Source of the DNA: Nageia nagi
Lineage: Eukaryota; Plantae; Pinophyta
Reading direction: 5' to 3'
Assembly: GCA_050084985.1 (NCBI GenBank)
Contig: JBITNC010000001.1
Coordinates: 38,688,001-38,752,000 of the forward strand
DNA: 64,000 bases
The translations under genes were made by a program, and so were the position numbers. Below the pieces are notes generated by a model. The model had not been told where the DNA came from. It did not search any database and saw only the letters and a list, made by a program, of their open reading frames with translations. This document shows positions 52,901-64,000 of this stretch, one piece after another (positions within the stretch are counted from its first letter, which is position 1; every line of letters begins with the position of its first letter).

Positions 52901-53817
52901 AAGAAGTCCTTATGTGGAGTAGCATGATATGAAGCACCCGAATCAAGAACCCAATAATCATTGTTCTTTTCGTTAGACATGATTAAAGCATCTTGGATTA
53001 ATTCGCCAACCATATTAACCTCTTGATTACTTGTGCTTTCATTATTACTACTATCACATTCTTTACCTTTTCTATTCCAAAAATCCTTTTTAATGTGACC
53101 CTTTTTACCACAATACCAACATTCCAATTTTGTTTTACCTTGTGATTTTGACCTTCCTTGTGATTTGCTTCTTGACTTGCTTCTCCTTCTTTCCTTTGGT
53201 CTTCCTCTTGCCTCTACTGTGAGAGCAGCATTGGAGCATTCTCCCGTGGACTTTCTCCTCATGTCCTCACTAAGAATTGTTCCAACAACTTCATCAAAGA
53301 CCAATTTTGCATTAGAAGAAGAATTGCTAACAGCCATAACAAAGCTATTCCAACTATCCGGAAGTGAACATAGAATTAACAAGGCCCTTACTTCATCTTC
53401 AAATTCTAAACTTACTGAAGTCAATTGATTTGTGATTGTATTGAACTCATTAACATGGTCCTGAACTGAACTACCTTCATTCATCTTCATGTTAAACAAT
53501 TTTTTCATTAAGTATACTTTGTTAGAGGCAGATGGTTTTTCATACAATTTAGCAAGCTTATCCATTACACCTTTAGTGGTCTTTTCATTGGAAATATTGA
53601 AAGCTACACTAGAACTTAAACAAAGTCTTACAGCACCCAAAGCCTTTCTATCCAAGAGATTCCACTCTTCATCACTCATAGAAGTAAGTTTCTTACTCTT
53701 CTCTTCTAGAGGTAGATAGAGATCCTTTTGGTAGAGGTAGTCTTCCATTTGCATTTTCCAAAACTGAAAGCCTTGCCCATTAAACCTTTCCACCTTCAGC
53801 CTCCCTTCTTCTGCCAT
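49951..53817 (-). CDS. Copia gag-pol polyprotein (gag, zinc knuckle, protease, GAG-pre-integrase, integrase, RT, RNase H)
   Basis: Open frame from ATG at 53817 (MAEEGRLKVERFNG); WVLDSGAS, LWHNRLGH..CEDC, VHTDVWGP, KSDNGGEF, YKARLVVKG, QLDVKTAFLHG, LYGLKQAPR, LLYVDDML, YVDSDMAG, NPADMFTK. Confidence 0.97.
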   Translation of the reverse strand: MAEEGRLKVERFNGQGFQFWKMQMEDYLYQKDLYLPLEEKSKKLTSMSDEEWNLLDRKALGAVRLCLSSSVAFNISNEKTTKGVMDKLAKLYEKPSASNKVYLMKKLFNMKMNEGSSVQDHVNEFNTITNQLTSVSLEFEDEVRALLILCSLPDSWNSFVMAVSNSSSNAKLVFDEVVGTILSEDMRRKSTGECSNAALTVEARGRPKERRRSKSRSKSQGRSKSQGKTKLECWYCGKKGHIKKDFWNRKGKECDSSNNESTSNQEVNMVGELIQDALIMSNEKNNDYWVLDSGASYHATPHKDFFSNYTHGDFGQVLLGNEHPCKIVGMGNITMKLPNGTQWTLNEARHIPDLKRNLISISKLDKEGYVMTFGDGNWKVSKGSMVFAKGNLVGSLYLLTNVFDYSLNLVSFGNDTSLWHNRLGHMSEKGMKMLHTNGSLPNLKEIDLGFCEDCVYGKQKKVRFLKVGNERKSHKLELVHTDVWGPAQVCSLGGSSYFVTFIDDCTRKTWVFCLKKKFDVFETFKRWKALVENETNSKLKCLKSDNGGEFCNNEFDSFCSHNGIRRIKVVPRTPQENGVAKRMNRTILERARSMRIHAGFPLNLWADAIDTAVYLINRGPSMALDGGIPEEMWTGKKVNYSFLRVFGCEAFAHVDKENRNKLDAKSQKCYLIGYGVNDLGYRLWDVDNHKIIRSRDVVFNENSMYKDRLQKVEEPKFVSLEDVDQYKDPDDNNVPPPQTPQTLSLRRSTRIRNPPERYSPALYHILYTDGGEPECFDEAMQGGTQIKWEHAMKEEMDSLLKNQTWSLVELPEGKRALTNKWVYRIKEDADGRQRYKARLVVKGFEQKKGIDYDEMFSPVVKMTSIRAILSLVATENLFLEQLDVKTAFLHGDLEEDIYMHQPEGFEVKGKEGYVCKLEKSLYGLKQAPRQWYHKFDTFMVTNEFVRCQSDHCVYIKRTTNGNYVILLLYVDDMLIAGPSMQDIVDLKEKLAKTFEMKDLGEANQILGMKITRDKQNHSLRLSQEDYIEKVLKRFNMNNAKSVTLPLAKHFKLTKHLCPKTDKEKEYMTKVPYASAVGSLMYAMVCTRPDIAQAVGVVSRFMNNPGKGHWEAVKWILRYLRGTSHYSLCFGGSNSCLQGYVDSDMAGDIDGGRSTTGYVFTIGGTTVSWISKLQQVVALSTTEAEYVAITEASKELIWLKRLMEELGKVQEDAKLWSDSQSAIHLAKNSAYHSRTKHIKLRYHFIRAALEDGSVSLGKIHTSQNPADMFTKVVTKEKLGSCSTWIGLKE

Positions 53818-53883
53818 AGTGCTCTTCCTTGATTTCCAATCTACACACAAGATTCACCAACAAAATCCCAACACAACAACGTG

Positions 53884-53895
53884 GCTCTGATACCA
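53884..53895 (-). other. Primer binding site (tRNA-iMet)
   Basis: TGGTATCAGAGC two bases inside the 5' LTR. Confidence 0.95.
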
Positions 53896-53897
53896 AT

Positions 53898-54479
53898 TGT
53901 TAGGATTTAAAGAGTTCATATAACCAAGAGCATTCACAATTTAGATTGTCTTTGGCAAAGAAGAAACAACATTAAGCATACTACTGAAAATAAACATCCA
54001 TAAACATCAATCACACAAGAGAAACACAAGAGATAACGTGGTTCACCCAGTGTAGGCTACATCCACGAAGAAGCTTTCAACCCTTTTGCATTCAAATCCT
54101 CCAAGCAATACATCAGCAGCATAACCTTGCTACAACCTTCACTTTGGAGTTACAACAAAGCTCCACTACAATCTCTCTCTCAACAATTACAATCAACCTC
54201 ACAAATGCTGTCAAATTACAGTCATACACACATATTCCAACTACATACATGCCTCAACTCAAGCCTCTTATTTATAGGTACAAACTAACCCAACTTAAAG
54301 CCAAGTTGGATCAGGAAGGTTGTTAGGTAACCCCCAACCCTTCTACAACTGCTGAACAGGTGTCATGGCTCCTTGGCAACTGAAAATTGGTTTGAAATAA
54401 GAAAGAAACTGCCCTGCAGACCGGTTGGCTTATAAAACAAAACTATCCTTCAGATTTACTGGTCTCCATTTTTCTAACA
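53898..54479 (-). repeat. 5' LTR of the Copia element
   Basis: Direct repeat of 49309-49890. Confidence 0.98.
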
Positions 54480-56029
54480 GATATTAAGTGAAAGGGTGAG
54501 GCATTATGAAATGGTATTCGGACACTTTCATTGGATTTCTAGCATTATCATTGGGTTGAGGTCATATTAGTGGCTCCATGTTTTAGGGAAGCTCATCGTT
54601 CATCCTCTTTGAATCAAATTTTACCTCTATTCATCATCATAGGTAAAGTACAAGTTTGTATCTTTTGTAAATCTAGATTCAATAAGTCAAGGTAAATTAG
54701 CTCATTATCATATTTCAGGTTATCGATTTCATGTTATTCATAATTAATTGGCAAATTTGATATCCTATAAATAACCCTAATTATTATTATTTCGGTTATA
54801 ATAGTTTGGCTAAAGTATTACAAGCCTATTTTTGCCAACTTACCAATTTTGAACTAGTTTTTTACACAGAAAAAATTTATGGGTTTAAAAGTTGCTTTCC
54901 TTCTCCAATTCGTATGGTACAGTTACATTATTTCAAACCATATAGTGTCCTTAGATCATTTCATATCATATCATGCACTTTGGATCATTTCATATCATAC
55001 GATATACTTACATCAAATCATATCATACAATGTAATTATATCATTTCATATCATATGCTCATGCATTTGGATTATTTTATATCATATAGTGCACTTGACC
55101 ATGAACATGCTTAGTTAGACCTTACATGCATGTAGCTTACATCATATGCTAATATCATATTAATATTTTATATCACAAATTACACTTAGGTGCATCCTAC
55201 TCTTTCATTTTTCACCATATTGATTAGGATGTGGGAGGCCTACATCCTTTCAATATAGTTTTGAACTTCTTAGATTCCTTAGGTGCTCAAGGGCCCTTAG
55301 AAGAGGACTCGCATACATGTTTATTGCATATGATTTTTTAAGGGTATTTTTATACATATTTGTAGGTCTAAAGAGAAGAAGGAGAGGAGCATATTCATCC
55401 ATGCATCAAAGCCATCTTAGTCACATTATCATCTCAATCTCAAGTCTTATTATAAATCATAATTAAGGTATATTCTTTTTTACTATAGATAATATTAATG
55501 TGTGTAATTATTTCTTAACGATATTGTATGCATATAAGTTTGTTGTTGATGTTAATAGTTTGATTTATTTTCAATTATGTTATGTATTACAAATTTACAT
55601 ATGACTGATGATTGGTCAAATCCACTAGGCCATCCTTTGGGAGCCCATGAACAACATTATAATTAGGCTCACTATCATTGAGCCCGAGAGCCTTGGGTAA
55701 TTGAGGAAGGCATAGCCTTGAAGAATTCTTCCATTTGGAATAATGCTTATAAGTTATGCCCTTTTTTTGAATAAATTATTGTGTGGAGGTTTTAAATCAT
55801 CTCTAAAATGGGACAGTTTAAACCCACCCCCATTAATGATTTAAACATATCTCAAAATGTCCATAGGTAGTGGTTTAATGGTCCATATGGTGACAATTAC
55901 AACTTGCTACCATAGGACTGAATGTTGGTGGAACCTGCATAGAGGGAGGTCAAATAAACATCAATAAAGGCATTAGGTGGTGGTTTATAAATACCTCCAA
56001 AGGCCCTTTTTTGTCTAGTGGTGCAATAT

Positions 56030-57274
56030 ATGATGAAGAGATTTGGTATGAAACATTGCAATGAACTTGTAATACTAGTTACTCCTAGATCCAAAGACTA
56101 GTAGATTAAACATAAACTATAGAGTATCAAATATTTTAATATTCATGCAAAAACTAAGTGAAACACACTTTAAAGATACAAAGAGGATACTAATTTATGT
56201 AAAAGGAACCTTTGAGCATGGAACTCATTTTGTTTCTAAATAAATTTATATTATTTACCTATAATATTAACAATTTTGGATGGTCCATAGATGATAAAAG
56301 AAGTGATATACATCATTAGTTTTCAATTTACAATAGAATGGTGATATAGTATTATAAAAACTAATTTATAATTGTTGTAAGCATATTAGAATCATAATAC
56401 ATGCCAATGACATTAACATACACATAATGTGTAGGCCTAAGAAAATTAGAGCACTATAGGATAGAACTATTATACTTTCTTGTGATAATATAAGTATTAT
56501 TCCACTTTCAAATAATTTAATATTTTATTTTAAGAGAAATCATATAGATATGAAGCATCATTATATTAGTGAATGTGTGAAAGTAAAGATTATCAATGTA
56601 AAGTATGCTAGTATCAAAAATTAATTGGTTGACATATTCAAGAAGGCAATGTTAAGAAAATACATATTTATTGGATTTAAGGAAATATTAGGAATAAATA
56701 AAAGTTTATATCAAGGGGTATTATGAAGATATTGATTTAAAATTTTATCGCTTGATGAGCTAGCAACATAGATTTTGAACTTTCATAAGTTTGATATGAT
56801 ATTATCTTTTTATGAGATGTCAATAGACATTTCAAATTTAGTTAGTTTGAAGAGATATTCTCTTTTAATAAGGTGACAAAAATATTTATGACTTTATTAG
56901 ATATTATGGTTTATTAAGATATACTCAAAAGTGATGATTCAAAAATAATTTCATTTTAGTGTATAAGCTTAGGATAGTGGGATAGTTAATAATATACTTA
57001 AACATTTTTGTATAAATATGAGTTGAAGCAAGAGAAGTTTGGACTAAGATTTAACGAAAGTTTGTAAGAGTTTCAAGGTAAATCCCACATGATGTTATGT
57101 TGTAAAAAACATATTTTAAAGTGTATGAAAAGAAGTCTTTATATCAAATTGAAACATTCAATAAACCGTAGGAAATTTTTTAAGTGTTGTTCATGGTAAT
57201 AGGTATTTAATATGCATCATTTTAGTATGTTTATATTGATGATTATTTATTATAAGAAATTAAGATTCTCTTCA
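56030..57274 (+). mobile_element. Decayed Copia RT-end/RNase H fragment plus probable 3' LTR
   Basis: FMQKLSETHFKDTKRILIYVKGT, CDNISIIPLSNNLIFYFKRNHIDMKHHYISECV, LVDIFKKA; PPT-like AAGGGG near 56713; TATAAATA near 57011. Confidence 0.75.
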
Positions 57275-57806
57275 TTAATGAATATAATAATATCCTTTAA
57301 TCCAAATATCCCAATACAAATTAAAACTACTATACATGATGTTTGCAATTTATATAGCCCAAAAGTAACATAAGCCAAACTACTATTAATAAATAATAAT
57401 AAAATAAATATTTAGAATAACTTCCATATATTTTTAAGCCAAAATTGATGGAGGCTTTTTATTTTACACAATGTCATTCACCTTATTATTTCACATGATT
57501 TTTGAAGCTAAATTTTAGTTTTATGTGTGCACCTCAATGTTTGTAGGAATATTCATCACACTTTTTTCTTATCTCTAATTTGTAAGTGAACTAAAAAAAA
57601 ATTAATATTTTTTTTATTAATAGGTAAATATATCAATCAAAAAAGAATTAGAGTTTTGAAAGGTCCACCACCAACCTTTTTACATGGGAATATAGCCATA
57701 TTTGCTACATGAATCATAAATTTTATAGACAAGACCATTTCCATGTATTTGAAAGTTGGATAAATAAAATGACCTTGTCCCTTTTTTAAAAACATGTGTA
57801 TAATTC

Positions 57807-60800
57807 TAATACAATGCTACAAATATGAAAAAGGGAAATATTGCATAAATTAAATGAATATAGAATTAAAATAGGAAAATGACAACTATCTATTACACAT
57901 AACAGAGCATGCACTGGTAAATAGAACATGAAATAGCATCAATAAGTAGATAAGGATAGGATTTTACTAAATAGTAACAGAATCATAGGTCACTTTGAGG
58001 GGGCTACCTCCTTATAAATCCAAAGGTGAAAAATAATGTTCAATATCCTTTCTCCACACACTTCTATCTATGTATAATAAACTAACCCTAACCCTAATAG
58101 TAATGCAAAATCAAACCCCATCCTTACAATCATAATATTATAATATAGGATAACAATTTAATAAAATACTAATGCTAACACTAAAATGTTAGGATGTGGG
58201 ATCCTAACATGCCACCCCTTTGGGGATGAAGCTTTGTCCTCAAATATTGAAGTGTGAAAACTATTTCTGTAGCTGATGAATGATTTCCCATGTTGCATCT
58301 TCTAGTGCCATGCCTTGACACTGCATAAGGACTTTTGTGATGGAGTGATTATGAAGTTATCATGATCATTGATCCAAAATTTCCTTAGGTATAATTTACA
58401 TTGATCCATACTCTACCAAATCAGGTAATTATGTTTGAACTTGAACCTCTAATCCAACCACTTTCTTGAGGCAAGAGACATAAAACACTAGGTGAATCTT
58501 AGAAGAAGCAGGAAGCTCTAATTTGTATGTAGTTGGGCCAATGCATTGTAACACCTTGTAAGGACCATAAAAATTTGAGGCCAATTTTTAGGGCTTTTTA
58601 TTTTTAAGGATTTCTAGTGATAAGGTTGCAACCTTAGAAATACCATGTCATCTACCTAGAACTCCCTTTCCACATGTTGCTGATTAGCCTATTATTTCAT
58701 ATGGTGTTGGGCTATCTGAAGGTTATCTTTGAGAAAATGAAGAATATCATACTAAGTAACTAAACCTAAGTTAAAATCTTAAACTTTATTGGTACCTACA
58801 ACATATGAGGTGACTATTGGTGGAGCTTGACCATACACTGCTTCATAGGGGTCATCTTGCTTGTAGAATGATAAGATGTATTATACCACCACTCCACCAA
58901 GGGAAGCCATCATACCTAATGCACAGGTTGTGTTGAAGCAAAACAACATAAATATGTTTCCAAGCATTTGTTAACAATTTTAATCTAACCATCAATTTAT
59001 GGGTGATATGTTGAGCTCATATTTAGTTGGGTACCTTGCAGTTTAAAAAGCTCTTGCTAAAAAATGACTAGTAAAAGTGGGATCATGATCACTGATAATT
59101 GTCTTTGGCATGCCATGTAGTTTGAAAATTATATCCAAGAATAATTATACCACTATCATTGCTTTGTAGGGATGATATAATGAACCAAAATGAGCATATT
59201 TGGATAATTGATCAACCACCACCAGAATAACTAATTTACCATGAGATTTAGGAAGGCCTTCAATGAAATCCATTAAGATATCTATCCATGTATGGGTAGG
59301 TATGGGGAGACGTTGAAGGAGTCTCGAAGTACCCACTATCTTACCCTTTTATCTTTGACACACGTCACAAGCTACCATAAACTACTTGATATCCAATTTC
59401 ATACTTGTCCAATAGAATGACTATGCCACTCACTTATAGGTTTTCAAAAATTCTTCATGTCTTAATGTAGGTGTAGAATGCAATTTAGCAAGTATTTTTG
59501 ATTTACATTTTGAAGGAGATGATAACAAAATTTGACCTTTGAATCTCAAAATACCATCATGCCATGTGTGGTGTGGTTTACTCATGGGGTTTTGAGTGAT
59601 CTATTTTAGCAATTATTGGGTAGAGCTATCCTCTGCCCACTCTTATTTAACTTTATCCAACCACTGAGTAATAGGATATGAAAGAGCTTATAGTGGTACT
59701 TGATCTTAAAATTTTTAGGACAAAGCATTGGTAATGACATTCTGCTTACCTTTACTGTATACTATCTCATAATCATACCCCAGTAGTTTAGTCACCCATT
59801 TTTGTTGCTTAGGCATAGAAATGTATTTCTCAATGAAAAATTTCAAACTATGATGATCTATGAGGATGATGAAATGGTGACCAATGAGATATGGTCTCCA
59901 ACATTGAACTGCATGAATGATGGCAAGCATTTATTCTTCATAAGTGGATTTACCCAAATGTTTTCCAAAGAGTGCTCTATTAGTGCATGCCAAGGGATGC
60001 CCTTCCTCCATTAATAGTTGCCCGATTCCTACTCCACAAGCATCACCTTCTATCACAAAGGTTTTAGAAAAATTTGGCATTGCTAATATTGGGTGGTACA
60101 CATTGCCTCCTTGAGCTTAATGAAAGCTACCTCAGCTTGAGGGGACCATTGGAAAGCATTCTTTTTCAACAACATGGTTAAAGGTGCTATAATCTTGCCA
60201 TAATCCTTCACAAATTTTTGATAAATATCATATCAACCCTAAGAATCCTCGAATATACCTTTCAAAGATTTAGGAATAGACCAGTTATACATGTCAGTAA
60301 TCTTTTGTGGATCCACCTTAACTCCCTCTTCAAATATAACATGGCCTAAGTAGTCAATTTACCTCTTGCTAAATGAGCATTTTGATTTTTTTGCATATAG
60401 CTAGTGTTCCTTCAAGATTTGTAGGGTTTGGTCAACATGTGCCACATGTTCTTGCCAGGTCTTACTATATATCAAGATATTATAAAAAAAAACTAAAATG
60501 AACTTCCTAAGGAATAGACGAAACACTTGATTCATTAAACTTTGAAATGTGGATGGAGCATTTGTTAGGCTAAAAGGCATTACCAAAAACTCATAATGGC
60601 CCTCATGGGTGAAAAATGCAATTTTTGGTATATCCTTCTCCTTAAGATGAATTTGGTATACCCAGATCACAGGTCCAACTTGGAAAAATATCTTGCCCCA
60701 TGCAATTCATCCAATAATTCATCAATGATTGGGATGGAAAATTTGTCATTGATTGTAATTTTTTTAAGGGCCCTAAAATCCACACACATATGCCATGAAC

Positions 60801-63762
60801 CATCTTTATTACAAATCAATATAATTAGAGAAGAATATGGGCTTACGCTAGGTTAGATTACTCCTGCATCCAACAATTCCTTAACCAATTTTTCAATTTC
60901 ATTTTTCAATAAGCAAGGATATCGATAAGGATGAATGTTTGGTGGGTTACTTCTTAGCAACAACTGGATAGCATGATCATGTGATCACTAGGGTGGTAAG
61001 CCCATTGGTTCCTCAAAGGTACTTCAATACTTATTTAAGATGGACTACAGATCCTTAAGTTTTGTAATTTCAAAGTGCAACTGTGCCAGCATCCCCTTTC
61101 TAGTTTTTTGTAGGATCTTTTCCATGTAATGTGAGCTCATAATTTGTATAGATCCACCCTATAATCCCCTGAGAGTATGCTCTTCTTCATCTATTTTGAA
61201 GGTCATCCATAGCTCTGAAAAATTACAATGTACTATGCCCAAATTTCTCAACCATTGTACTCCCAAAACTATATCACATCCCCCAAGTGGTAAAGCATAC
61301 ATGTTGCTTTTCAAAGTATAGTGGTCTATGCTCAATTTGGCATTGTGACATGTGCCTTTTCAAAGTATAGTGGTCTATGCTGAAGTGGATGTAATAGTCA
61401 GCAACCTTAGCCACTCGTGAATCAATGAAATTATGAGTACTTCTTGAATCTAACAATATTATGAGAGGGCGCTTTTTAAAAAATCCTTTAACCTTCATAG
61501 TTTGAGGGGTCGTAATTCCTACCAATGCATTGTAAGAGATAATCAGGCCTCCTCATCTAGAATTTCCTCTATAGCCTCTTTGGGTGCACTCTCATATTCC
61601 TCCTAACTAGGAGCATTAGCATCAATCAAATATAACATTTGTTATGTACAACGATGACCACTAACAAATTTCTAATCATAATTATAGCACAAGCCCTCTT
61701 TTTGATGGTCTTCCATTTATTCCCATGTTAACTTCTTAGTTTGCATTGTGCGATTCGATTATGGGGCACTTGTGTTATTAGAAGAATGGGAAATATTATG
61801 TGTTTTGGTGAATGGAGGTCTTGCGTTTCATCGATGAACATTGGATTTATCTTCAACAAATTTTGCCATGCATCCATCATAGTTTTGGGATTAAACATTT
61901 TGACCTCTGATTTAATTTCTTCATTTAAGCCACTAATAAAACAACTTATGAAAAATGCATCATCCATCACCTCTATGTGATTTGCTAATTTCTCAAACTA
62001 ATTTTGGTATTCTTTGACTATGGTAGTTTGACGTAGCTTGGTCAATGCCCCTGTGAAATCTTCATAGTCACTAGGACCAAAATGGATCAATAATTTTTGA
62101 GTGAATTCATCCATGATGGAGTAGGATGCATCTTTGAGTACCATTGGTGCCATTAGAGAGCCTCATAGCCCAAATGAAAAGATGCCATGTGCACCTTCAA
62201 ATCTTCTGCGACTTGGTTCAATGTGAAATACTATCCAACCTTATAAATCCAGCTAGTGGGATTATCTCCATCAAATCAGGGAAAATCTAATTTAGTTATG
62301 CATGGAAGAATGAAACCACCTTGTTGGCTTTGAAAATTATGATGATACCCTTGTTGATTTCTTGATTGCCCTGATTGCTATGAATTGGATGCATTATTGG
62401 TATGACTAAGACTTAGTTGAACACTATCACATTTACTATCAAGGGTCTATTTTTAGGTCTATATTTGTTAGATTTCTACCTTGAATGTACTGATAAGTGT
62501 ATCTACCATTTATTGGATCATAGTTTGAAAGGTCATCATGGTAGGACTAGCTTATGCTATTGTTTAGGATCTTATTTTAGGTGCCATTTTTGGAAATTAC
62601 TATTTCTAAAGCTGATATTTCTGGAAAATTGCTATTTTTAGAAGTGCTCAAAAAAGTGTATGGGTGTAATATATCAAAATGATCATCTTGAAAAGATGAT
62701 CAAATGGGCTAAGTCTCTCTCGATGATTTTCGAACCCTTGAACTCTTTTTTTAACGTCTATGGGTCTATTTGCTTTTGTTAAAAACTGCTAAAATGATCT
62801 AGATTTTTAGTTATTTGGCTTTGAAGTTTTTGCTACCTTTGAATTGCTATTTTTGGTGGCTATGAAAAATTACATCTCATACATTCTACTTCCTAAATCA
62901 AGGTTTTTTATGTAAAAGAATGATTCTAGGGTAAGGATTATCTACTCTGTAGGCTTATCTAAGCACCACTCCTATCTAACTTTCGCAAGGAAAGAGGCTA
63001 TGAAGATGGCTTTTATGATAAGTAACTTTATAATGGCACTTGTTGGAGCACTACAGTTTACAAATGGTCAACATAGCTTCCTATCTAGTTTCAGTTTATA
63101 GCCTAGATAGTCTCCGATATACTTTTCAGTACGTGGAGTCCAATTCCATGTAGGGTTCTATCTAAGGCCTGGGTATTGGTGCAGAGTTTTTTGCATCTCA
63201 CTTCACACACAACTTTATGGGCAAGTGTGCTTGGCCAAAAATGATAGATCCTCTTGGATATTTTAAAACCCTTGGTACAGGGTTTCTAGCTTAGACCTCT
63301 AAGATTTTTTTTTTGTTTTCTTACAGTAGAATGGCCTTGGAAAGAGCTCTGATACCAGATGATACGATGCTACAAATATGAAAAAGGAAAATATTGTAGA
63401 AATGAAATGAATATGGAATTGAAATAGGAAAATGATAACTATCTATTGTAAATAATAGAGCATGCACTGGTAAATAGATCACAAAATAGCATTAATAAGT
63501 AGATAAGGATAGGATTTTATTGAAAAGTAATAGAATCATAGGCCGCTTTGAGGGGGCTACCTCCTTATAACTCCAAAGGAGAAAAATAATGTTCAAGATC
63601 CTTTCTCCACACACTTCTATCTATTTATAATAAACTAAACCTAACCCTAATAGTAATGCAAAATCATGCCCTACCCTTACAATCGCAATATTACAATATA
63701 GGCTGATAATTTAATAAAATACTAATACTAACACTAAAATGTTAGGATGTGGGATCCTAACA
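57807..63762 (-). mobile_element. Full-length but decayed Reina-type chromovirus (Ty3/Gypsy)
   Basis: 403-bp LTRs (57807-58209, 63360-63762; about 90% identical by eye); TSD AATTC (57802-57806, 63763-63767); PBS TGGTATCAGAGC 63346-63357; PPT AAAGGGGTGG; gag-PR-RT-RH-INT-chromodomain motifs. Confidence 0.97.
58223..62400 (-). pseudogene. Gypsy gag-pol pseudogene with C-terminal chromodomain
   Basis: [94 protein letters not shown]; many stops and frameshifts. Confidence 0.93.
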
Positions 63763-64000
63763 AATTCGTATTACTACAATCCTTTATCCATAATATTTTA
63801 ATATTTTAACCATCTAATTTGAAATTCAAAAAGAGGATTACCATTCATAAATTTGAACTTAGTGGACCATAGCTTAAGGTTTATCTTGCCCATGGCATGC
63901 CTTAGTTATTCTAAATTTTCTATGAAATCATAAATTAGTAACTAATTAAGTCAATGATAGTTTATGAATCACCCTCCATTTATAAATAATTTAATTTAAG

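Larger units (their letters stand above)
49309..54479 (-). mobile_element. Full-length, very young Ty1/Copia retrotransposon (Tnt1/Tork-like)
   Basis: 582-bp LTRs TG..CA differing at only two spots; TSD GATAT (49304-49308, 54480-54484); PBS TGGTATCAGAGC; PPT AAGTGGGAGA; single open gag-pol. Confidence 0.99.
42302..54803 (+). mobile_element. Ogre/Tat-like Gypsy LTR element, pol-less (gag plus antisense PMD ORF); 3' LTR interrupted by the young Copia and 3'-truncated
   Basis: 5' LTR 42302-43123 (TGTTAG...TTTCA); PBS-like TGGGCACACCCA at 43128 (resembles tRNA-Arg type); PPT AAAGTGGGGC before the 3' LTR at 48911-49308 plus 54485-54803; flanks GTTTA/GTTTG. Confidence 0.8.
27870..56020 (+). mobile_element. 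CACTA (En/Spm) element scaffold carrying several nested insertions
   Basis: GAGG..TT/AA..CACCTC-type subterminal repeats at 27880-28005 and 55785-56000; right end TTTTTTGTCTAGTG at 56007-56020; internal transposase remnants; left TIR not clearly identified. Confidence 0.55.

Noticed and set aside
51115-54326. Plus-strand and alternate-frame short ORFs within the Copia, including the 60-aa LTR ORF duplicated at 49555-49737
   Set aside because: Shadow ORFs of the gag-pol frame or LTR duplication; no recognisable motifs
54806-55118. Overlapping His/Ile/Ser-rich ORFs
   Set aside because: Produced by TCATA/ATATC low-complexity microrepeats in CACTA internal DNA
58084-58098. TAACCCTAACCCTAA telomere-like tract
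   Set aside because: Only two units, inside an LTR, and altered in the sister LTR

Overview
Eukaryotic plant nuclear DNA: AT-rich and strongly depleted in CpG and CHG. The TE families and accessory ORFs look gymnosperm-like (inference). Nearly the whole window is a stack of nested, mostly decayed transposons: an L1 LINE, several Ty3/Gypsy elements, CACTA DNA transposon(s) and Copia remnants. The Gypsy elements are a full-length but dead Reina-type chromovirus, a pol-less Ogre/Tat-like element with an antisense Plant Mobile Domain ORF, CRM-like fragments and a 5.4-kb solo-LTR-like insert. The only long intact ORF belongs to a very young Tnt1/Tork-type Copia element (49309-54479, 582-bp near-identical LTRs, GATAT TSD). 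It has lost the integrase catalytic Glu and a zinc-knuckle Cys. Host-like sequence is limited to a CpG-retaining island at about 2.87-5.34 kb (probable promoter/first exon or non-coding RNA locus, no recognisable protein) and a decayed PLS-class PPR gene at about 30.3-31.25 kb. I found no convincing new biological system. The best leads are the unmethylated island, the gag+PMD pol-less element, an uncharacterised ORF downstream of the LINE and a palindromic 29-bp array. Boundaries of decayed features are approximate.
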